64,000 nt of DNA from the human T2T-CHM13v2.0 reference genome, Homo sapiens, in assembly GCF_009914755.1 (NCBI RefSeq), contig NC_060930.1. One strand, 5' to 3'. The position numbers and the translations under genes were made by a program. The notes beneath the pieces are model-generated. The model made no database searches. It worked only from the letters and a program-made list of their open reading frames with translations, and was not told the origin of the DNA. Shown one piece after another: positions 54,701-64,000 of this stretch (position 1 is its first letter; each line of letters starts with the position of its first letter).

Positions 54701-56895
54701 GATTCATTCTTTGGTATGTCAATCGCACTTTTCAACTCTAGAATTTTTGCTTGTTTCTTTTTTAAATATTTCACTCCTTTTGTTACATTTACGCGATAGG
54801 ATTCTAAATCCCTTCTCTGTGTTATCTTGAGTTTCAGTGAGTTTCTTCAAAACAGCTATTTTGAGTTCTCTATCTGAAAGGTCACATATCCCTATCTCTC
54901 TATGATTGGTCCCTGGTGCCTTATTTTGTTTGTTTGGTGAAATTATGTTTTTCTGGATGGTCTTGATGCTTGTTGATATTCATCAGTGTCTGGTCATTGA
55001 AGAGTTAGGTATTTACCATAGTCTTCACAGTCTGGGCTTGTTTGTACTTGTCCTTTTTAGGAAAGAGTTTCAGGTATTTGAAGGGACTTGGTGTTGTTAT
55101 CTAAGTTTTTGATCATTGCACCAGTATCTGCATTTGTGGGCCCCCCAAGCTCAGCAACGGTGTGTCTCTTGTAGACTCACAGAGGCACCACCTAGGTGGT
55201 CTTGGATAAGATCCATAAGAATCCCCTGGATTATGAGGCAGATAAATTTTTGTTCTCTTCCTTTACTTTCTCCCCAACGAACAGCATCTCTCTCTCTCTC
55301 TCTCATTCTCTGCAAAGCTGCCTGTTCTGGGGGGAGGCCTGACACAAACACCTCTGAGGCCACCATCACTGGCACTGCTCTGTGTTAGACTTAGAACTAG
55401 CACAGCAATGGGTCTTGCGGAAGGTCCGCAGTAACCACTGTCTGGCTACCGCCTATGTTTGCTCAAAGGCCCAAGGGCTCTACAATCAGCAGATGATTAA
55501 GCCAGTCAGGCTTGTGTCTTTCTGTTCAGGGTTATGAGTTCCCCAGTCCTGGGTGGGTCCATAGATGCTGTTTGGGAGCCAGGAACTGGAGTTAGAAGCC
55601 ATAGAAATCTAACTGGTACTCTCTTCCACTGCAGCTGAGCTGGCACCCAAGCAGGAAAACAAAGTTCTTCTCACTCTTCTCTCCCTTTTCCACAACCAGA
55701 GCAGTCTCCCTCCATGGCCACTACCACCCCAGGCTTGTGGCGAGTACTGCCTGGCTACCACCGATGTTCACTCAAGGCCCAAGGAGTCCTCAGTCAGTTT
55801 GTCGTGAGTGCTTCCAGGCCTGGGACTCTCTTTTCAGGGAAGTGGGCTTTCCTCTGCCCCAGGGCAGGTCTAGAAATGTCATCCAAGAGCCAAGGCCTGG
55901 AATCAGGGACACCAAAAGTCCACTTGATCCTCTACCCCACTGTAGCTGATGTGGTACCTAGGCTGCAAGACAAAATCCCCTTTACTTTTATCTCTCCTTT
56001 TCTCAAGCAGAAGCAGTCCCTCATAATCACCACACCTGGGAATGTGCCAAGTCTCATCTGAAGTAAGCGCAGCTCTGAGTCTCACCCAACGCTCATGGTG
56101 AGTACTGCCTGGGTACTGTTGCTGACTATTCAGCACCCAAGGGCTCTTTGTTCAGCAGGTGATAAATCTTGCCAGGACTAGCTGCTTCCCTTCAAGGCAA
56201 TAGGATCCCTTCTTGCCCAAGCTGTATCTAGAAATGTCTGGGTACTAGGGCCTGGAATGGGAGCCTCAGGACTCTGCCTAGTACTCTATACTGCTGTGGT
56301 TGAGTTGGTATGCAAGTTGCAAGACAAAGTCCTATTTAGTCTTCCTTCTCTTCTTAAGCAGAAGGAAGGAGTCTCTTCTGAAGCTGTGAGCTGCTCTGCC
56401 CGGGGTTCAGAGAGGGGCAGCTCAAGCACTCCCTTGGATACCCTGGCTGGTGTCTCACTACGTTACATGCTCCGCAAATCCACTGGCTCTGAGCCTATCA
56501 TAGCACCTTGACTTGCCCAGGAATTGCAGTTCTTGTGGCCTAGGCTGTTTTTCAGGTTTATTTAGAACCCCAGAGCATTTTAACTCACAGCATCAAGGCT
56601 TGCTGGAACTCAGGTTTCGACTGCTAGGATGGCTGATTCTCCTCTGGCTAAGGCTAGTCTAGATGCTCCCTCCATGGGCACTGGCTGAGTTCTGCCTGGT
56701 GTTGCTTTCTGCTGTGACAGGGCAGCACTGGGTGCCTCTTTCAGTTATACGAAGTTCAACCCAGGTACTGTAATCTCTCACCTAAATTTTGGTTCTTATG
56801 AAGGTGTTTTTATGTGGATATGTGTTCAATTTGGTGTCCCTGTGGAGAGGACAATTGGTGGCAGCTTCTATCCAGCCATCTTGCTCTACCTCCCT
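48766..56895 (-). mobile_element. Full-length degenerate L1MA (L1MA2/3-like)
   Basis: 5'UTR start at ~56894, repetitive 5'UTR 55.4-56.7 kb, ORF1 and ORF2 remnants (EN, RT: [27 protein letters not shown]), 3'UTR; TSD tcaatcattt at 48756-48765 and 56896-56905. Confidence 0.92.
50766..51057 (+). mobile_element. Alu inserted in L1
   Basis: Dimer; flanking repeat ctactgatt. Confidence 0.9.
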
Positions 56896-57042
56896 TCAAT
56901 CATTTCTGAGTGACCAATCAACTGGGGGCTCAGAATAGGAGAAATAGGTAAGTCTGTAATTAGTATCCCAAACGGTGAATAGACTTTAAATAGGAAGAGG
57001 ACTGTTTAAGTCAGTAATCAATAAGTTTCAGCTTTTCCTGAT

Positions 57043-57510
57043 TGTGTTAGTTTCCTGGATTGGCTGTAATGAAGTATAATATAATAAGCTGGGCAATTTA
57101 AAACAACAGAAATTTATTCTCTCACAGTGCCAGCAGCTAGAAGTCCAAAATCAAGGTGTCAGCAGGGCCATGCTCCCTCTGAAGGCTCTATGGAAAAATT
57201 ATTTCTTGCTTCTTCTAGTTTCTGGTGGTTGCTGGCAATCCTTGGCGTTCCTGGATTTGCAGCAGTGTAACTCCAATCTCTGCCTCCATCTTCACACGGC
57301 CTTTGTCCCTGTGTGTCTGTGTGTCTCCAAATATCTCTTTTTATAAGGACATTGATCAGTGGATTTAGGGCCCACCATGATCCAATAAGACCTCATCTTG
57401 ACTTGATTACATCTGCAAAAGCCTTTTTCCAAATAAGGTCAAGTTCACAGGTACTGGGGGTTAGGACTTCAACATGTCTTTTGTGGGGATACAATTCAAC
57501 CAACAACACT
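57043..57510 (-). mobile_element. MLT1B/C-like MaLR LTR upstream of and co-oriented with the L1
   Basis: 'tgtgttagtttcctgg...aacaacagaaatttattctctcacag...ttataaggacattg'. Confidence 0.85.
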
Positions 57511-57729
57511 GATTGACATTAATGGTGTGCCAAGAGGATTGGTGAAGGTGGCAGCAAGGAGACACACTGTCTGTGGAAAATTTAAAAGCAATAATAAAAC
57601 CAACTGAAAAATCAGTCTTTGTTATTAACACCATGCTCCCAGAATTCTAAACAATATTGACAGTCAAATACTCCTATCAGGGCCCTCCCACCTGGCCTGT
57701 ACAGGGATGTTTGTGTTTGTACACCATTT

Positions 57730-58122
57730 ACATGAGTTTTCTAGAGCTGCCATAACAAAGCACCACAGATTGGGTGGCTTAAACAATAGAAATTTATTTG
57801 CTCACAATTCTGGAGACAAGGAACCCTAGATCAAAGTGTCAGCTGGATTGGTTTCTCCCAAGGCCTCTCTCCTTGGCTTGTAGATGGCCATCTTCTCCCT
57901 GTGGTTTCACATAATCTTTCTTCTCTGTGAGTCTGTGTTCAAATTTCTTATTCTTATAAAGACACCAATCATGTTGTATTAGGGCCCACTCTGATGGCCT
58001 CATTTTTAACTTAGTTACCACTTTAAATTCCTTATCTCCAAAGAAAGTCACATTCTGAGATACTGGGAGTTAAGAGAGTTCAAAAATGAATTTTGAGGGA
58101 GACACAGTTCAGTCCATAACAT
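57730..58122 (-). mobile_element. MLT1A/B-like MaLR LTR
   Basis: 'gctgccataacaaagcaccacagattgggtggcttaaacaatagaaattt'. Confidence 0.85.
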
Positions 58123-58504
58123 TCTTGAACCCATCTATAAAGTATTTTAGGTATGATTACAGTAGAAACAAAAATCCTACATTTTCCAGAAAATACATTC
58201 TCCTATTCACTAGCATTCTGTTACCATACATATTACTGCAGCATTCACAAATGGGTTCCTAGGAAACACAGTTTCATGGGATGTTTTTAAAAGACACTGC
58301 TTGATAAAAGTGGTCCATGGTCAAATAAGTTTGGGAAACAAAAAAAAAAGAGCAGGTTTTCTCAAACTTGGCTTACCTGGTAACACCTTTTAGAAAGGTG
58401 CTCTGTAGAACAAAGTTGAAAGAAGCTGGCTTATGGCAAATTTTAAGACTATAAAAATTGTAGTGGTATTGTTAGGAGCACATATATATATAAAATTGCC
58501 CTTA

Positions 58505-58622
58505 ATGGCGTGAACCCGGGAGGTGGAGCTTGCAGTGAGCCGAGATCGCGCCACTGCACTCCAGCCTGGGCAACAGAGCGAGACTCCATCTCAAACAAAC
58601 AAACAAACAAACAAACAAAAAA
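58505..58622 (+). mobile_element. 5'-truncated AluY
   Basis: 'aatggcgtgaacccgggaggtggagcttgcagtg' Y diagnostics; (AAAC)n tail. Confidence 0.9.
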
Positions 58623-59651
58623 TAATGCCATTAGTCACTGAAAAGTTATAATAATACTCTTGTATATGTATTTTACTACCACAGAGCAACAAAAAGCTAG
58701 TAACTAAAAACTTGGTAATGTTATTATTTTTTATTTTTAATTTATTTTTATATATTTTTTCCTCAATCTCACATCATTGACATGTAGTAATATTTTAAGG
58801 CTATCTTTTATGACTGGAGTCTAGAACACAAACAAACATAAATTTGAGAATTGAAGAAGAGTTAATTGATGTTAACCCTAATGTCCATTAGTTGAGAGCC
58901 ATTGGCTAACAGATCTGGCATGAGATTGAAAGTAAAGACAGCATCTTCCATGGAGGCCTTGCAGTGTTCCTAGATCCACTTTACGTAAAAGAATGAAAAT
59001 GACAGAAAAGTATAAAGAAACAATTAAAACCATCCAAAATCTGACCAGCTAAAGGAAATCACTGTGCATATTTCAAATTGCTTCCATTCTTTTTAGTATG
59101 CTTACTTGTATTTGTTGCATAGTTGTTATTTTATTGCATATCAGGCTCCATGATCTGTGTCATGTACTAAAACCACATGATGATTATTTTATCATGTCAT
59201 TAAAAATTATTCATAAATACCTTTTCTAGCAGTTGCAAATGCTACATACCATTCATTCCAAAACATAACATTTATAACTGTTTCTGTATCAGTAGACTTA
59301 CTTTGGGTTGTCTAATTTTTTAAAATTATAAGTAGCACTATGAAGAGATATTGTTATACTGATATACATGAATATATATATATAATATGCACTTTGCATT
59401 TCTGATCATCTTCTTATGATAGATTCCTAGAAATAGACTATCTCAGTAAAAATATGAATATTTTAAAGCTCTTAGGTTAGTGTTATCGAAGTGTGGGAAA
59501 GTGCCCATTTTGCTTTATCTCTGCCAGTGTTGTGTATTATACTCTTAAAAAAACCCGACTCTACCAATTTTGTTAGCAAAAATTAATTCCATTTCCCGTT
59601 TCATTTCCTTGATTACAAGTAGGTTTGTTTATTTTTCTATTCATTCATTAG

Positions 59652-60385
<734 letters not shown>

Positions 60386-60419
60386 TTCCCACCTTTGGTT
60401 TTGTTAAATCTTTATTTGT

Positions 60420-61135
60420 TTTTATTTTGTTAACCTTTATTTTCAGTCCAGGGGTACACGTGCAGGTTTGTTACTTAGGTAAATTGTGTGTCACAGGGGT
60501 TTGGTGTACAGAGTATTTTGCCACCTAGGTAATAAGCATAGTACCTGATAGGCAGGTAGCTTCTCAATCCTCACCCTCCTCCCACCCTTCACCCTCAAGT
60601 AGGTGCTGGTGTCTGTTGTTTACTTCTTTATGTCCTTGTGTACTCAATGCTTAGCTTCCACTTATAAGTGAGAAGATGTGGTGTTTGGTTTTCTGTTTCT
60701 GCACTAGTTTGCTCAGGATAATGGCCCCCAACTCCATCCCTGTTGCTGCAGAGGACATGATCTTGTTCTTTTCCATGGCTGTGTGGTATTCCATAATGTA
60801 TATGTACCATATTTTCTTCATCCAACCTACCATTGATGGGCATTTAGGTTGGTTCCATGTCTTTGCTATTGTAAATAGTGCTGCAATGAACATACACACG
60901 CACGTGTCTTTATCCTAGAATGATTTTTATTCCTTTGTGTATATACCCAATAATGGGATTGCTGGGTTGAATGGTAGTTCTAAATTCTTTGAGAATCACC
61001 AAGCTGCCTTCCACAAGGCTGAACTAATTTACTTTCCCATCAGCAGTGTGTAAGAATTCCCTTTTCTCCACAACCTTGGCAGCATCTGTTGTTTTTTGAC
61101 TTTTTAATGACAGCCATTCTGACTGGTGTGAAATG
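60420..61135 (-). mobile_element. Older L1PA (PA13-16-like) 3' end
   Basis: 'gggtacacgtgcaggtttgttac'; reverse ORF2 end CMFIAALFTIAKTWNQPKCPS. Confidence 0.85.
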
Positions 61136-61440
61136 TATATGTCACATTTCGTTTAAGTCTGCATTAAATCTGTAGATCACTTTCAGTAGTACTCAATCAT
61201 AACGGTATTAAGTTTTCCAATCCATTAACACAAGACGGCTTTTCAAGCTTTCCCTTTTTTGTGAATTTTTTTTCATATCCTTTGCCTTTTCTAGGCAGTC
61301 TTAATATCTTTAATTGTCAATGTTTACCAACTCTTTATATATTAAGGACATTCACCTTTTGTTATATTGTGTCACATATTTTCCCCAGCTAGCTATTCAG
61401 CTTTCCATTTTAATTTTTTTTGGGGGTGGGTGGGGGCGGG

Positions 61441-61733
<293 letters not shown>

Positions 61734-62153
61734 TGATGATGTTTTGCTATGAGTTTTATATCAACTTAAAGTTTACAGTAGTCTTTTGAATTTTTTTTAA
61801 GGATAATTTTTTAAAACTGCACTCAGCTAGAAAAATAGCTAGCATTTATTGAGTGCTTACTATTCTATAAGCACTATCTTAAATGCTTGACTTGTACTAG
61901 TTCTTTTATCCTCACAACTCTGTAAGTGCTATTATTACCATCCCTACTTTGCATACGAAGAAACTAAGGCATAAGCAGGTTAGGTAACTTCCCCAAGGTC
62001 ACATAGTTAAAGTCAAGCAATCAGATGCCAGAGACCTTGTTCCTTGAGCTCTATGTTCTACTGCCTCCTGTCCTTATTTGTGCCTTTTTCTCTCTATTCA
62101 TGATCAATCATTTTATATGTTTATCAGGGAAAATGACTAAGAAGCAGGGAGTC

Positions 62154-63346
62154 TTTTTTTTACTATACTTTAAGTTCTGGGGTACATGTGCAGAACGTGC
62201 AGGTTTGTTACATAGGTATACACGTGCCATGGTAGTTTGCTGCACCCATCAACCCATCACCTACATTAGGTATTTCTCCTAATACTATCCCTCCCCTGGT
62301 CCGCCCAACCCCTGACAGGCCCCAGTGTGTGATGTTCCCCTCCCTGTGTCCATGTATTCTCATTGTTCAGCTCCCACTTATGAGTGAGAACATGTGGTGT
62401 TTGGTTTTCTGTTCTTGTGTTAGTTTGCTGAGAATGATGGTTTCCAGCTTTATCCATGTCCCTGCAAAGGACATGAACTCATCCTTTTTATGGTTGCATA
62501 GTATTCCATGGTGTATATGTGCCACATCTTCTTTATCCAGTCTATCGTTGATGGGCATTTGGGTTTGTTCCATGTCTTTGCTATTGTGAATAGTGCCGCA
62601 ATAAACATGTGTGCATGTGTCTTTATAGTAGAATGATTTATAATCCTTGGGGTATATACCCAGTAATGGGATCGCTGGGTCAAATGGTATTTCTCGTTCT
62701 AGATCCTTGAGGAATCGCCACACTGTCTTCCACATGGTTGAACTAATTTACACCCCCACCAACAGTGTAAAAGCAGTCCTATTTCTCCATATCCTCTCCA
62801 GCATCTGTGGTGTCCTGACTTTAATGATCACCATTCTAACTGGCGTGAGATGGTATCTCATTGTGGTTTTGATTTGCATTTCTCTAATGACCAGTGATGA
62901 TGAGCTTTTTTTCATATGTTCGTTGGCTGCATAAATGTCTTCTTTTGAGAAGTGTCTGTTCATATCCTTTGCACACTTTTTGATGGGGTTTTTTTCTTGT
63001 AAATTTGTTTCAGTTCTTTGTAGATTCTAGATACTAGCCCTTTGTCAAGTGAGTAGGTTGCAAAAATTTTCTCCCATTCTGTAGGTTGCCTGTTCACTGT
63101 GATGATAGTTTCTTTTGCTGTGCAGAAGCTCTTTAGTTTAATTAGATCTCATTTATCAATTTTGGCTTTTGTTGCCGTTGCTTTTGGTGTTTTAGTCATG
63201 AAGTCTTTGCCCATGCCTATGTCCTGAATGGTATTGCCTAGGTTTTCTTCCAGGGTTTTTATGGTTTTAGGTCTTACATTTAAGTCTTTAATCTATCTTG
63301 AATTAATTTTTGTATAAAGTGTAAGGAAGGGGTCCAGTTTCAGTTT
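62154..63346 (-). mobile_element. 5'-truncated L1PA (PA7/8-like)
   Basis: ORF2 C-terminus (WKTVWRFLKDLE.EIPFDPAIPLLGIYP) plus 3'UTR; 19-bp TSD taagaagcagggagtcttt at 62138-62156 and 63347-63365. Confidence 0.95.
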
Positions 63347-64000
63347 TAAGAAGCAGGGAGTCTTTGCAAGCTCAAGGTAGGATCTTTGTCAAACAGGAAA
63401 TATGGTATTATGCAGCAGTGAAACGAGGTCAGTTCTGAGTCCTCAGTCTAGGTTACAGGAACAAAGTTAAGAGTTTGTTCTTATGAGGAATAGAACTGAG
63501 TATGTCTCTAGGTCAAGAAAAACACTGTGGCAAAAATGAGAACATTGAGCAACTAATTCAAAATTTCATATGGAACAGTTTCAATAACCATCGGGTAAAT
63601 GACTTCTTATGGTGAGTGTGCTCAGAAGTGCTCACTAATACTGGTTGATTGAGAGTGATATTTACAATACCAAACAGTCATGTCATTAATAGTATAACAA
63701 CTTTTTCTTACCAGGGGCTTTTTTGAGCCAGTAAAGGAGAGGATCTTCCCTAGGATTTTTGTTTGTTTTTAAGACTAGCAATGTGCTAACTGCATCCCTT
63801 CTACATCCATGAAAGAGAATGCACCCTAGGCTCTCTAGACCAAACTCAGGCATGCTTTACTTGTGGCATGCATTCAAAAGGAGGAGAACATGGTGAAAAT
63901 GTCTTGAACATCATTCTAGTAACCATAGTGATACCAAAGCAAACCTGGATCCTTATCTCATATCTTGTTTATTTTTCAGAAAGAATTTATTTACACATAG

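Overview
Primate (probably human) repeat-rich euchromatin with no intact protein-coding gene. Most of the window is interspersed repeats: about 25 Alus, a full-length L1MA-type element with a TSD, many L1/L2/MIR fragments, a decayed ERVL provirus with an LTR33-like LTR, MaLR LTRs and DNA-transposon fossils. Most ORFs in the supplied track are repeat-derived or chance ORFs. Four things are not explained by the repeats. (1) A short processed NANOG pseudogene fragment at 342-624 (-). (2) About 20 exon-like segments on the minus strand from ~44.05 kb down to ~8.6 kb, nearly all AG/GT-bounded. They splice in compatible phases into a long, stop-interrupted protein with a signal-peptide-like start, i.e. 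a candidate unitary (fossil) gene that I cannot assign to a family. (3) An inverted, internally deleted copy (40675-42910) of the resident L1 that also carries the L1's upstream LTR and unique flank, consistent with a local 5' transduction or a template-switch duplication. (4) Several templated-insertion scars, including a 247-bp, 100%-identical inverted copy of sequence 5 kb away. Repeat subfamily names are from recognition by eye and their boundaries are approximate.
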